Shown: positions 31,083 to 41,652, counted from the stretch's first letter. The stretch: 64,000 nucleotides of DNA from an uncultured Chloroflexia bacterium (GCA_963813335.1 CAWEYL010000003.1:160001-224000), one strand, 5' to 3'. Notes: a model not told the origin generated them from the letters alone. Numbers and translations are program-made.

Positions 31083-31709
31083 ATGACGTCGGCCAGGGAT
31101 CCGGAGATCGAGCTGACCCGGCGGACGCTCGAGGCGCTCCGCGGCCTCGACCCGTCCGGGACGTGGGACGACGTGGCTCCGTCGGTGCTGCCGCTGCTGA
31201 AGCGCGTCAGCCACCCATACCCGCCGGATGCCGCACCGATGCACCTGCGCGTCCCGCCCGGGATCTGGACCGGCTTCGGCGTCGACATCGGCCCCGCCTG
31301 GGCGCACGTCTCGCGGGGCCTGTTCGCGCGCTGGGGCATCGACGAGGCGACCCTCCTCGGGACGGCGCTCGACAACCTGCGTCGCCGGGCGATCGAGCAG
31401 CCGCCCCAGGTCGAGCGTGCGACGGTGGTCGGCGCGCCGATCATCGTGATCCAGGCGCAGGGCTGGGGCTCGGCGCTGGTCCTCGCGCCGGACCGCCTTG
31501 CGGCGATCCTCGGACCGGAGCCGCGGACCCTGTTGACCCCGGTACGGAATGCGCTCGCTGCCTTGCCGCGCGACGTCGACATCGAGCTCGCCGCGCTGGT
31601 CTGGGAGACGTTCACCGAGGAGTGCGCGGACGAGCTCGACATCGACCCGTTGTCGTGGGACGGCCAGACGGTCACGGCCTTCGGCGCCGGTCCGGTCCTG
31701 GTGAACTAG
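31083..31709 (+). CDS. Hypothetical protein (weak DUF1444-like pattern)
   Basis: Good codon bias; FGVD....AHVS..L..RWGI....L...ALDNL. ATG 6 nt after CACGAT. Confidence 0.7.
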   Translation: MTSARDPEIELTRRTLEALRGLDPSGTWDDVAPSVLPLLKRVSHPYPPDAAPMHLRVPPGIWTGFGVDIGPAWAHVSRGLFARWGIDEATLLGTALDNLRRRAIEQPPQVERATVVGAPIIVIQAQGWGSALVLAPDRLAAILGPEPRTLLTPVRNALAALPRDVDIELAALVWETFTEECADELDIDPLSWDGQTVTAFGAGPVLVN

Positions 31710-32485
31710 CCTGCGAGCGCCCCGTGCAGCTCCATCGAGTGGTCGCGCAGCCAGTGCCGCCACGTGACGTGGTCGGGGCGCTGCCCGGCGACGACGGCCC
31801 AGAAGCGCGGGCCGTGGCCGAAGACGCGCAGATGCGCGAGCTCGTGGATCACGACCGTCTCCAGCGCCTCTGGTGGAGCGAGGACCAGGCGCCACGAGAA
31901 GGAGAGCCGGCCCGCGCGCGAGGCGCTCCCCCAGCGCGACCTCGGATCCCGCAGGGCCACGGCGACGGGCTCGACGCCCATCGCCGATGCGTGACCCGCC
32001 ACCTGCGCCTCGATCTCGGCCCGGGCGCGTGTCCGGAACCACGCCTCGAGGACGGCCGCGACCGGGCGCCGGTCGGCGGCCGCGACCCGCACGATCAGGG
32101 CCGGCTCGTCGGTGCCTGCCGACCAGGCCACAGTCGAGCGTCGGGCGCTCCCAGCCGGGATCAGGTGCAGCCGATGCAGCGTGCCGCGGTAGCGGAGGCA
32201 GGCGCCGTCCTGCAGCCCGCCCAGCGACGCGAGCTCCGCCCGGGCCGCCGCCTGGCGTGCGAGATGGCGGCGGAGCCACGTCTCGCGCTGGGCAAGGAAC
32301 GACGTGACATGGCGCTCCGGGTCGTCCCAGCCCGGCCGACGGCGCGCTGGCACGGTCACCACGACCCCACGATCCGGGTGGATCACCACGCGCAGGGTGC
32401 GGGCACGCGGCGAGCGGCGGAGCGTGTAGCGGAGCGGACCGCCGGGGAGGTCCACGACGGCCGGGGTCTCGGCGGCGGCGGTCAC
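31706..32485 (-). CDS. YgjP/SprT-like (M48) zinc metallohydrolase
   Basis: RRSPRARTLRV, SRWGSAS, LSFSWRLVLAP, VVIHELAHL...HGPRFW. Confidence 0.9.
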   Translation of the reverse strand: MTAAAETPAVVDLPGGPLRYTLRRSPRARTLRVVIHPDRGVVVTVPARRRPGWDDPERHVTSFLAQRETWLRRHLARQAAARAELASLGGLQDGACLRYRGTLHRLHLIPAGSARRSTVAWSAGTDEPALIVRVAAADRRPVAAVLEAWFRTRARAEIEAQVAGHASAMGVEPVAVALRDPRSRWGSASRAGRLSFSWRLVLAPPEALETVVIHELAHLRVFGHGPRFWAVVAGQRPDHVTWRHWLRDHSMELHGALAG

Positions 32486-34101
32486 GCGCCTCGCCGCAGC
32501 AGTCGGCCGGTCCGGACGCCGGTCTCGCGGCCGTCCTCGACGGCCAGGCCGCCGTTGACGATCACGTGATCCATGCCGCCCGGATGGCGGGCCGGGGTGA
32601 GGTAGGTCGCCGCGTCGTCGACGGTCGCCGGGTCGAAGACGACGAGGTCCGCGACGGCGCCCTCGCGGACGACGCCGCGGTCGCGCAGGCCCAGGCGGGC
32701 CGCGGGCACGGATGTCAGCTTGGCGATGGCTGTCTCGAGCGGCACGACGCCGCGCTCCCGGACGTACGTCCCGAGGACCTTGGCCGTGGTGCCGTAGGTC
32801 CGCGGGTGCGGCCGTCCAGCGTCGAGGACGGCGTGGCCGGGACGCCGGCCCTCGGCGTCGGTGCAGACCGCGATCCAGGGCACGGCCATGATCGCCTCGA
32901 CATCGGCCTCGCTCATGCAGTCGATGACGATCGAGACGTCCAGCCGGTCGTCCATCAGCGCCTCGAAGGCGACGTCCGCCGGATGGAGGCCGAGGTCGTC
33001 GCTGAGCTCCGTGAGCGTGCGCCCCGACCAATCAGGGTGGCTCGCCGCATACGAGATCGTGATGGACCCCCAGCCCGGGTCGCGGGCGATGTCCTCCCAG
33101 CCCGAGGTCCCCCGGTCGATCTCGGCCTTGACGAGGGCCCGCACCTCGAGGTCGGCGAGCGCCGCCACGCAGGCATCGACGCCGAGCCCCAGCAGCGCCG
33201 GCGGCAGGATCGTGGTCAACGTGGTCGCGGCCGCCGTGTACGGGTACTGGTCCGCGGCCACGTCCAGGCCCTCGGCGCGCGCCCGCTCGAGCACGGCGAC
33301 CGCCTCGGCGCCGCGGCCCCAGACCTCGCGCGAGCCGCACTTGAGGTGCGACACCTGGAGCCGCGCGCCGTCGCCGGCACCGCGGATGGTGGCGACCGCC
33401 TCGTCGAGGGCGTCGAACAGCCCGGCGGCCTCGTTGCGCATGTGGGTCGCGTAGAGCCCGCCATGCCGGGCGGCGGCGGCGGCCAGCGCCTGGAGCTCGG
33501 CGAGGTCGGCATGCAGGCCGGGGGCGTAGATGAGCCCGCTCGAGAGGCCGATCGCGCCGGCATCCATCGCGGCATCGACCTCGCGGACCATCGCCGCCAG
33601 CTCGGCCGCCGTCGGCGGGCGCGCATCCGCACCCAGCACCGAGCCGCGGACGGTCCCGTGGCCGACGAGGAACGCCACGTTGATGCCGAGTGCCTGGCGC
33701 TCGACCTCGTCGAGGTAGTCGAGGAACGACGACCAGCGGGCCGTCAGCCCGTTCGGCCGCAACGAGAGCTCCACGAGCTCGCGCCCCCTGGGCGTGATCG
33801 GGGCGAGGCTCTCGCCGCAGTTGCCCGAGAGCTGCGTCGTGAAACCCTGCGAGAGGTGGCTGTCGAGGCCGGCGTCGACCAGGACGGACCCGTCCGAGTG
33901 CCCGTGCGGATCGATGAAGCCGGGCGCGACGACCCGTCGGCTCGCGTCGATGACGAGCTCCACCTCGGCCGGATCGACCGCGCCGAGGTCGCCGACGGCG
34001 AGGATCCGGTCGCCGAGCACGCCGACGTCGGCTCGCCGCCCCGGCGCGCCCGTGCCATCGATGACGGTCCCGCCGCGGAGCAGCAGGTCGAAGCCGGTCA
34101 C
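32482..34101 (-). CDS. N-acyl-D-amino-acid deacylase (amidohydrolase)
   Basis: GGTVIDGTG, APGFIDPHGHSD, GNCG, THMRNE, SHLK, DQYPYTA, HPRTYGT, ADLVVFDP. Confidence 0.92.
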   Translation of the reverse strand: MTGFDLLLRGGTVIDGTGAPGRRADVGVLGDRILAVGDLGAVDPAEVELVIDASRRVVAPGFIDPHGHSDGSVLVDAGLDSHLSQGFTTQLSGNCGESLAPITPRGRELVELSLRPNGLTARWSSFLDYLDEVERQALGINVAFLVGHGTVRGSVLGADARPPTAAELAAMVREVDAAMDAGAIGLSSGLIYAPGLHADLAELQALAAAAARHGGLYATHMRNEAAGLFDALDEAVATIRGAGDGARLQVSHLKCGSREVWGRGAEAVAVLERARAEGLDVAADQYPYTAAATTLTTILPPALLGLGVDACVAALADLEVRALVKAEIDRGTSGWEDIARDPGWGSITISYAASHPDWSGRTLTELSDDLGLHPADVAFEALMDDRLDVSIVIDCMSEADVEAIMAVPWIAVCTDAEGRRPGHAVLDAGRPHPRTYGTTAKVLGTYVRERGVVPLETAIAKLTSVPAARLGLRDRGVVREGAVADLVVFDPATVDDAATYLTPARHPGGMDHVIVNGGLAVEDGRETGVRTGRLLRRGA

Positions 34102-34220
34102 CTGCGGATGATGACACCGCGGCCGGGGCGTCGGGCCGCGTCGGGAGGCCGCGTCGGGCGGCTCGGTCGGGAGCCCTCGTCGGCCGGCGGCCGACCCTCC
34201 TGCTACACTCCGCCTTCCGT

Positions 34221-34296
34221 GGGGCTATAGCTCAGCTGGAAGAGCACCTGCATGGCATGCAGGGGGTCCGGGGTTCGAGTCCCCGTAGCTCCACCA
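34221..34296 (+). tRNA. tRNA-Ala(GGC)
   Basis: 76-nt cloverleaf GGGGCTA...TAGCTCCACCA, anticodon loop AT-GGC-AT; TGCTACACT extended -10 at 34201. Confidence 0.97.
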
Positions 34297-34363
34297 AGCA
34301 TGACCGCCGAACCCCACCCCTCGCCAACGGCGGGGGGTGTCCCGTCTCCGAGGCAGCGAGACC

Positions 34364-36922
34364 GTGACCGAGACCGACACGACCGACCAGCGGACCCGGA
34401 CCGAGCGCTACGACCCCGCGGCCATCGAGCCGCGCTGGCAGGCGCGCTGGGCGGAGCTGCGGCTGTACGAGACGGACCTCGACGACGAGTCGAAGCCCAA
34501 GTACTACCTGCTCACGATGTACCCGTATCCGTCGGGCGACCTGCACATCGGGCACTGGTACATCGTCACGCCGTCGGACGCGCTCGCCCGCTTCCGGCGG
34601 ATGCACGGCTTCAACACGTTCTTCCCCATCGGCTTCGACGCGTTCGGGTTACCGGCCGAGAACGCCGCGATCAAGAACGGCGGCCACCCGTTCACCTGGA
34701 CGATGGCCAACATCGAGAACATGCGCCGCCAGTTCCGCACGATGGGCGCGACCTTCGCCTGGGACACCGAGGTCGTCACCGCGGACCCCGCGTACTACCG
34801 CTGGAACCAGTGGCTGTTCCTGCGGTTCCTGGAGGCAGGCCTGGCGTATCGCGCGATGTCGCCGGTGGACTGGTGCCCCAACGACGGGACGCTCGCGCGC
34901 GAGCAGGTCGAGGGCGCCGACCGCCACTGCTGGCGCTGCGGCGCGCCCGTCGAGAAGCGCGACCTGGAGCAGTGGTTCCTGCGCACGACCGCGTACGCCG
35001 ACGAGCTGCTCCGGTTCGACGGCCTCGACTGGCCGGAGCCCATCCGCATCCAGCAGACGAACTGGATCGGCCGCTCCGAGGGCGCCGAGATCGACTTCGC
35101 GACCGCCCCGGACGACCATCAGCCCGGCGGCGACCGGCTGCGCGTCTTCACGACCCGCCCGGACACGCTGTTCGGGGCGACCTTCATGGTCCTCGCCCCG
35201 GAGCACCCGCTGGTCCCGACGCTGACCTACCCCGACCGCCGGACCGAGGTGACGGCCTACGTGGAGCAGGCGCGCCGCCGGACCGAGATCGACCGGCTCT
35301 CGACCGACCGCGAGAAGACCGGCGTGGCGCTCGGCGCCGACGCGATCAACCCGGTCAACGGCGAGCGGATCCCGATCTTCATCGCGGACTACGTCCTGTC
35401 CGGCTACGGCACGGGCGCGATCATGGCGGTCCCGGCCCATGACGAGCGCGACTTCGCGTTCGCGGTCAAGTTCGGGCTGCCGATCCGCCGCGTCGTGGCG
35501 GCCCCCGGCATCGCCGCCGACGACCCGATGGACGCGGCCTTCATCGCCCACGCCGCCGACGAGCGGCTCGTCAACAGCGGTCCCTACGACGGCCTGCTCG
35601 CGGACGAGGGCGGCAAGGCGATCGTGGCGAAGCTGGCCGAAACAGCCAGCGCGGAGCCCAGGGTCACCTACCGCGTCCGCGACTGGCTGATCAGCCGGCA
35701 GCGCTACTGGGGCACGCCCATCCCGGTCATCTACTGCCCGACCGACGGGATCGTCCCGGTCCCCGACGCCGACCTGCCGGTGCGCCTGCCCGAGACCGTC
35801 GACTACAAGGGCAGCGGTGACAACCCGCTGAACCACGACGCGGCGTTCGTGGACGTGACCTGCCCCCGCTGCGGCGGTCCCGCGCGGCGCGAGACCGACA
35901 CGATGGACACCTTCGTCGACTCGTCGTGGTACTGGTTCCGCTACCTGACCCCGGACAAGGAGGACGGCCCGGTCGACCGCGCGATGGTCGAGCGCTGGAC
36001 CCCGGTCGCCCAGTACACGGGCGGGGCCGAGCACGCGGTCATGCACCTCCTGTACGCGCGGTTCTGGACGAAGGCGATGGCCGACATCGGCCTGATGACC
36101 GAGCGCGAGCCGTTCATCCGGCTGTTCAACCAGGGGCAGATCCTGGGCGCCGACGGCGAGCGCATGTCGAAGTCCCGCGGCAACGTCCAGGACCCCGACG
36201 AGCTCGTGGCGCGCTACGGCGCCGACACGGTCCGGCTCTTCCTGATGTTCATGGGCCCGTGGGACCAGGGCGGGCCGTGGAGCCCGACTGGCATCGGCGG
36301 CGTCCATCGCTTCCTCAACCGCGTGTGGACGCTGGGCATCGACCCGCACGGCCGCGAGCCCGGCGACCCCGATCCCGGGTCACTGCCCACCGGCGAGACC
36401 GAGGCGACGGCGCGGGAGGCGATCCGCGCAGCCGCCCACCGGACGCTGCGGGCCGTGACGGCGGATTACGAGGCCTTCCACTTCAACACGATGGTCGCGA
36501 AGCTCATGGAGCTGGCCAACACGCTGTTCCGCTACCGCGGGACGGCCGTCGCGGGCTCCGCCGAATGGGACGAGGCCATCCGGCTCCTCCTGCTGATGCT
36601 GGCCCCGGCCGCGCCCCACATCGCCGAGGAGCTCTGGAGCCGCCGCCTCGCCGCCGCCGGCGAGCCGTGGAGCTCGATCCATACGCAGTCCTGGCCCGAG
36701 GTCGACCGTGCGGCCGCCGCCGAGGCGACCCGCGAGGTCCCGGTCCAGGTCAACGGCAAGCTGCGCGACAAGCTGACCGTCCCCACGGGCATCGACGCAG
36801 CCGCGCTCGAAGCGGCCGCGCTGGCCAGCCCGAAGGTGGTGGCGGCGCTCGCGGGGCGGACCCCGGACCGCGTCATCCACGCCGGCGGCGGCCGGCTCGT
36901 CAACATCGTCGTCCGCGACTGA
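34364..36922 (+). CDS. leuS: Leucine--tRNA ligase
   Basis: MYPYPSGDLHIGH, GFDAFGLPAENAA, FTTRPDTLFG, GTGAIMAVPAHD, RDWLISRQRYWG, RMSKSRGN, VQVNGKLR. Confidence 0.98.
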   Translation: MTETDTTDQRTRTERYDPAAIEPRWQARWAELRLYETDLDDESKPKYYLLTMYPYPSGDLHIGHWYIVTPSDALARFRRMHGFNTFFPIGFDAFGLPAENAAIKNGGHPFTWTMANIENMRRQFRTMGATFAWDTEVVTADPAYYRWNQWLFLRFLEAGLAYRAMSPVDWCPNDGTLAREQVEGADRHCWRCGAPVEKRDLEQWFLRTTAYADELLRFDGLDWPEPIRIQQTNWIGRSEGAEIDFATAPDDHQPGGDRLRVFTTRPDTLFGATFMVLAPEHPLVPTLTYPDRRTEVTAYVEQARRRTEIDRLSTDREKTGVALGADAINPVNGERIPIFIADYVLSGYGTGAIMAVPAHDERDFAFAVKFGLPIRRVVAAPGIAADDPMDAAFIAHAADERLVNSGPYDGLLADEGGKAIVAKLAETASAEPRVTYRVRDWLISRQRYWGTPIPVIYCPTDGIVPVPDADLPVRLPETVDYKGSGDNPLNHDAAFVDVTCPRCGGPARRETDTMDTFVDSSWYWFRYLTPDKEDGPVDRAMVERWTPVAQYTGGAEHAVMHLLYARFWTKAMADIGLMTEREPFIRLFNQGQILGADGERMSKSRGNVQDPDELVARYGADTVRLFLMFMGPWDQGGPWSPTGIGGVHRFLNRVWTLGIDPHGREPGDPDPGSLPTGETEATAREAIRAAAHRTLRAVTADYEAFHFNTMVAKLMELANTLFRYRGTAVAGSAEWDEAIRLLLLMLAPAAPHIAEELWSRRLAAAGEPWSSIHTQSWPEVDRAAAAEATREVPVQVNGKLRDKLTVPTGIDAAALEAAALASPKVVAALAGRTPDRVIHAGGGRLVNIVVRD

Positions 36923-36938
36923 CGGCGAGGCGGCCGGC

Positions 36939-38537
36939 ATGATGGCCCGCGTCTCCCCGCTGATCCTCCTCGTCGCGAGCATCGGCACGATTGCGTACCT
37001 GCTCGCGCTGTTCACGGCGCCGCAGGGGCCGGCCGACCTGCCCTGGTGGGCGACGCTGTTCCTGATCCTGCTGGGTGTCGCGGTCACCGCCCTCGCGATC
37101 GCGGTGACGATCGACCCGCGGCCGCCGGCGCTGCGTCGTGCGCTCGCCGGTGCCGGGCTCGGCTGGATGGCGATCACGGCCGGGACCGCGCTGATCGCCG
37201 GTTCCGCGAACCGGGGGCTCGCCGCCGACCGCGTGCTGCTCGTCGCCGCGGCCGCGACCGGCATCGCGCTCTGGGTCCTCGCGGTCACGACGCCCTCGAC
37301 CGACGACGACCCGACGCCGGTCGGTGCGCGCCTCGGCTCGGTGATCGCGTTCGCGGTCGCGATCGTCATCTCGGCCGCGGCCGCCGTGGTCGTGGTCGAC
37401 ATCGCCATCCGGCTGATCCGGGTCGTGCTCGGCGGCGAGGCCACGGAGCGCCTGCCGTGGGTCGCGGTCGTCGCGGTGATCGTCGTGCCGTTGCTGGCGT
37501 TCGGCGTCGCGACGATCGACTCGCGCCGGGCGGCGGGCGGCACGTTCGTGGCGCAGGCCGCCGCGAACCGGCGCAACAGCGTCCTGCTGCTGGTCACGCT
37601 GGTCGGCGTGGTCGCGGCCACCTCCGAGATCATCGCGGTGACGCTCACGCTCGACCCGATCCCCGGCCTGTGGGTGGCGTTCCTCGCCGGGCTCGTCGGG
37701 ATCGGTGCCGCGGTCGGTGCCAACCGGTTCGGCGCGTCCGTCATCCTCGGGACCTCCGACGCCCACGAGGCCGACCCGATCGCCGACCGCACGCTCGTCG
37801 ACGTCGTCCGCGAACTGTCGATCGCGGCGGACATCCCGATGCCCAGGGTCTACGTGGTCCCCGACGGCAGCAAGAATGCGTTCGCGACGGGTCGCGACCC
37901 GGCACACGCCTCGATCGCGGTCACGCGCGGCCTCGCCGACCACATGGACCGCGAGGAGCTCCAGGGCGTGATCGGCCACGAGCTCGGCCACATCCGCAAC
38001 CTCGACACCCGCTACGCGCTCTACATCGCGGTCCTCGTCGGCATCGTCGCGCTCGTCACGGACGGCTTCCTGCGGATGGTCATCGAGGGCTGGAGGAACG
38101 GCGCGTTCATCTGGAAGAGCGACGACAAGAGCGCGGCCGCGACCCTGGCGATGGGGCTCGCCGTGGGTCTGTTCCTGCTGATCGTGGCGGCCCTGCTGCG
38201 GCTGCTGGCTCCGCTGTTCTCGCTGCTCGTGCAGGCGGCGTCCAGCCGGGAGCGCGAGTACCTCGCGGACGCGACCTCGGTCGAATTCACGCGCAACCCC
38301 CGTGCGCTCGAGCGCGCGCTGACCGACATCGCGAGCGACACCGATCCGCTCGATCGCGCCAACCGCGGGACGCAGCACCTGTGGTTCCGCAATCCGGTCA
38401 AGGCCGGGAGCGACAGGCGGGCCGGGCTGCTCTCGACGCACCCCTCGATCGGGGCGCGGATCGACCGGCTGCGCAAGCTCCAGGGCCTCGACCCGCTCGA
38501 TCCCGGGTCGGCGGATGCCGTCTCGGCCGAGACGTAG
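36939..38537 (+). CDS. HtpX-like M48 membrane protease with extra N-terminal TM region
   Basis: MPRVYV...NAFATGR, GVIGHELGH, SREREYLADA, STHP....RI. Confidence 0.88.
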   Translation: MMARVSPLILLVASIGTIAYLLALFTAPQGPADLPWWATLFLILLGVAVTALAIAVTIDPRPPALRRALAGAGLGWMAITAGTALIAGSANRGLAADRVLLVAAAATGIALWVLAVTTPSTDDDPTPVGARLGSVIAFAVAIVISAAAAVVVVDIAIRLIRVVLGGEATERLPWVAVVAVIVVPLLAFGVATIDSRRAAGGTFVAQAAANRRNSVLLLVTLVGVVAATSEIIAVTLTLDPIPGLWVAFLAGLVGIGAAVGANRFGASVILGTSDAHEADPIADRTLVDVVRELSIAADIPMPRVYVVPDGSKNAFATGRDPAHASIAVTRGLADHMDREELQGVIGHELGHIRNLDTRYALYIAVLVGIVALVTDGFLRMVIEGWRNGAFIWKSDDKSAAATLAMGLAVGLFLLIVAALLRLLAPLFSLLVQAASSREREYLADATSVEFTRNPRALERALTDIASDTDPLDRANRGTQHLWFRNPVKAGSDRRAGLLSTHPSIGARIDRLRKLQGLDPLDPGSADAVSAET

Positions 38538-38570
38538 CGGACCGCCAGCGCAGGGTCGCGCGGCCGGTCC

Positions 38571-39209
38571 TCAGGTCGCGATCACCGGCTGTCGCAGGAT
38601 CGTCTTCGTCCGGGACTCGCCGACGCGGCCGGGATCGTTGAGGTAGATCTCGTGGTGCGCACCATGGGGCCGAAGGCCCGCGTCCGCGATCGCCGCGTGC
38701 AGCCGTCGGACGGTGGGCGTCTCCTGCTCGTAGGAGCCCACGTGCAGGATCTGCGCGCTCGGCCCCTCCGCCCAGTGCAGTGGGAAGACGCAGCCGGCGA
38801 ACGGTCGCGGTTGATGGTCCGCGATGGCCGCGGCCACCTCGCCGTCGGTAGCCGCATCGGGCACGGCCAGCAGCATCCGCCACGACCACACCTGGTCCGC
38901 CTTGGCCTCCGTCGTCTCATCCGCGGTCAGCTCCTCCGGCGTGAACCAGAAGAGCGCCTCGAGCATCCCGATCCGATGGCCGGTGACGCCGCGCCCGCGA
39001 AGCTCGAAGTGGAGCGGGTACGCGATGCCGAAGAGCGCGCCGATCGCGTCGGTGAATCCCGGGCTCCCGGGCACGGCGTCGCCGTCGACGGCAAGGAACC
39101 GATGCTCCGGCACATCGACGAACCGCACGCGATCGCGCCGCGCGGACGCAAGTGCCCGAAGATCGTCGCTGTGATCGAACGGACGGGTCGGGGCCAGCAC
39201 GGTGGACAT
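38571..39209 (-). CDS. GyrI-like small-molecule-binding protein
   Basis: FLAVDG, LEALFW, WSWRMLL, EGPSAQILHVGSY..E..T..RLH, HHEIYLNDP, KTILRQPV; GGAGG RBS. Confidence 0.85.
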   Translation of the reverse strand: MSTVLAPTRPFDHSDDLRALASARRDRVRFVDVPEHRFLAVDGDAVPGSPGFTDAIGALFGIAYPLHFELRGRGVTGHRIGMLEALFWFTPEELTADETTEAKADQVWSWRMLLAVPDAATDGEVAAAIADHQPRPFAGCVFPLHWAEGPSAQILHVGSYEQETPTVRRLHAAIADAGLRPHGAHHEIYLNDPGRVGESRTKTILRQPVIAT

Positions 39210-39368
39210 GATCGGCACCTCCGAGCTTCCACGATGGCGCCGCGGGATCGCGTCCGCCAGTGCCGGAGCGCTCGAACCTCTCGAGTCGCGCGGGCGGTCC
39301 CGGGCGCCGGGCGCGACCCGCAAGATCTGCTGGCTGCCTAGACTTCCGGCATGACAGAGGAGAGCACG

Positions 39369-39713
39369 ATGGGCGATGGACAGGTGGCACCCGCGACCAG
39401 GGGTGTGACCGTGCAACTGCTGGCCACGGTGGACCTTGGCCCCGAGATCGAGGGCATGGATGGGCGCCAGCTTCGAACGCGGATGGTGACCATCGAGCCT
39501 GGCGGCGTCTTCGGCCCGATCCACGACCACATCGGCAGGCCAGGAACCGTGTACGTCCTGGAGGGAACGATCACCGACCACCGGAACGGGGTCGCGACCG
39601 ACTACGGGCCGGGCGTCGGCTGGCCCGAGGATCGGGACACGCTCCACTGGCTCGAGAACCGGGGAACGATCACGGCGGTGGAGATCTCGGTCGACATCGT
39701 CAGGCAAGCGTGA
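39369..39713 (+). CDS. Cupin-domain protein
   Basis: TIEPGG...IHDH..RPG..YVLEG; HWLENRG. Confidence 0.85.
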   Translation: MGDGQVAPATRGVTVQLLATVDLGPEIEGMDGRQLRTRMVTIEPGGVFGPIHDHIGRPGTVYVLEGTITDHRNGVATDYGPGVGWPEDRDTLHWLENRGTITAVEISVDIVRQA

Positions 39714-40705
39714 ATCCGGGCACCGCCGCCGAGCCGCTCGTCACGGTCGTCATCCCGACCTACAACCAGGCGGCGTACCTGGAGGCGGCGATCCGGAGCG
39801 TGCTCGAGCAGGACTACCCGAAGGTGGAGCTCGTCGTCGTCGACGACGGCTCCACCGACGCCACGCCGCGGATCCTCGATGGGTTCGGGGACGCGATCGT
39901 GCACCTGGCCCAGCCGAACCGCGGCGCCGCGAACGCGCTCAACGAGGGCATCCGGGCGGCGAGCGGTCCGCTGGTCTGCTGGCTGAGCTCGGACGACGTC
40001 TTCCTGCCCGGCAAGCTGCGCCGGCAGGTGGCCGCGTTCCTCGAGGAACCCGACCTGGGGTTCTGCTACACGGGCTTCGTGACCATGGACGCCGAGGGGC
40101 GCGACCTGCGCGACCTCTCGGATGTCCCGACGGTCCACCCCGACCTGTTCGTGTCGGTCTACTGGGCGAACCCGGTCAACGGCTCGACCGTGATGATGCC
40201 GCGGGCGATCTTCGACGAGGTCGGCCCGTTCGACGAGACGCTCCGCGCCGACGTCGACGGCGACATGTGGCTGCGCGTCCTGAAGACCCATCGCGCCCGC
40301 TACCTGCCCGGCGCCACGCTCCGCTACCGGGTCCACGGCGCGGCGCTGTCGGCCGACAAGCCCCTCATGCGCGCGTCGAAGTCGCAGGTCCGCCGCGCCC
40401 GCCTGCGCGACGGCTCGCTGGTGGCTCGGCTGCGCGCCGACGACCCGGCGGCGGTCGCGTCGACGCTGGCCCGGATGAGCGCCCACTACACGACGATCGG
40501 GATGCCGGACATCGCGCGGGCGCTCCTGCGGGCGTCGTTCCGGGCGGGGTTGGCGCTGCCGGCGCAGGGCCCGGCCACCAGGGCCGTCGTTCTTGCGGCG
40601 ACGCCCGGTCCGGTGAAGGCCGGCGCGGCACGGCTTCGCCGAGCGCCCCGGGCGGCCATGCGACGGGTCCGCCGGCTGGCGCGCCGGATCGTCGGCCCGC
40701 GCTGA
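39710..40705 (+). CDS. Glycosyltransferase family 2
   Basis: VTVVIPTYN, VVVDDGSTD, ALNEG, WLSSDD, D.DMWLR. Confidence 0.92.
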   Translation: MNPGTAAEPLVTVVIPTYNQAAYLEAAIRSVLEQDYPKVELVVVDDGSTDATPRILDGFGDAIVHLAQPNRGAANALNEGIRAASGPLVCWLSSDDVFLPGKLRRQVAAFLEEPDLGFCYTGFVTMDAEGRDLRDLSDVPTVHPDLFVSVYWANPVNGSTVMMPRAIFDEVGPFDETLRADVDGDMWLRVLKTHRARYLPGATLRYRVHGAALSADKPLMRASKSQVRRARLRDGSLVARLRADDPAAVASTLARMSAHYTTIGMPDIARALLRASFRAGLALPAQGPATRAVVLAATPGPVKAGAARLRRAPRAAMRRVRRLARRIVGPR

Positions 40706-40708
40706 GCC

Positions 40709-41617
40709 TCAGGCTGGAGGCACGCTCCAGCCGGCCGCGTCGGCGTACGCGCGGACGCCCTCGGCGAGCGGGGTAAGGCGGCCAAGCGCCAGGTCGGCCA
40801 CGAGCGGCGCGGGATCGCTCCAGAACTCGATCGGCGTCTGGTCCGGATCCGGTGCGAGGCGGATGCTGGGCGGCCGGGTGCCCAGGGCGGCGGCGATGCG
40901 CTCGACCTGCTCGGGCAGCGGGTGCGGGTCGCCGCCGGCGAGGTCGTAGGTGGCGACCGGTCCGGCGCCAGTGCCGGCGGCGGTCACCGCGCCCACGAGC
41001 GCGCGGGCGACATCGGCGACATGGACCGGGTCCGAGAGCGAGGTCACCGCCCCGCTGAGCGTGAACGCCGTCCCGGCGCGCAGCGCCGCGGCCACGCGCG
41101 GGATCAGCCTGGTCGCACGCTCGCCCGGTCCGTAGGCGTTGTACAGGCGGACGACCAACGCGCTCGTGGCGGAGCCGTCGGCGACCAGCGACCGCACCAG
41201 CCCCTCGACGTAGAGCTTCGAGAGCGCGTAGGCCATCGGCGGGTCGACGGGCATCGACGGGTCCACGCGGCCGGTCCTGCCGGCATAGACCGCAGCGGAC
41301 GAGAGCAGCACGATCCGCCGGGCACTCACCCGCCCGAGCAGCGCCCCGGCGACTCCACCGGTGGCGGCCAGGTCGGCCCATGGCTCGCGGACCGCCAGCC
41401 CGTGGTCGGCGTTGCCGGCGAGGTGGATGACGGCGTCGAACGGACCCACCAGCGCCTCCGGCAGAGGCCCGAGCGGATCGGCCATGCGCACGGCGCTGCC
41501 GCCCGGCGGGTCCGGCAGGTCCTGGCGCGAGAGGGCCGTGACCGCCCAGTCGGAGGGACAGGCGGCGATCACGTGGCGGCCGATGAACCCACCGGCGCCC
41601 GTGACGAGGACGCGCAT
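40709..41617 (-). CDS. NAD-dependent epimerase/dehydratase
   Basis: MRVLVTGAGGFIG, VIHLA, SSAAVY, YALSK, RLYNAYGP. Start may lie slightly upstream. Confidence 0.9.
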   Translation of the reverse strand: MRVLVTGAGGFIGRHVIAACPSDWAVTALSRQDLPDPPGGSAVRMADPLGPLPEALVGPFDAVIHLAGNADHGLAVREPWADLAATGGVAGALLGRVSARRIVLLSSAAVYAGRTGRVDPSMPVDPPMAYALSKLYVEGLVRSLVADGSATSALVVRLYNAYGPGERATRLIPRVAAALRAGTAFTLSGAVTSLSDPVHVADVARALVGAVTAAGTGAGPVATYDLAGGDPHPLPEQVERIAAALGTRPPSIRLAPDPDQTPIEFWSDPAPLVADLALGRLTPLAEGVRAYADAAGWSVPPA

Positions 41618-41652
41618 CCCCGGAGCCTGGGTGGATGGGTCGGACGGCTGGA

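Noticed and set aside
30407-34296. tRNA-integrated genomic island
   Set aside because: Both tRNAs are complete and different; no integrase, att fragment or compositional shift.
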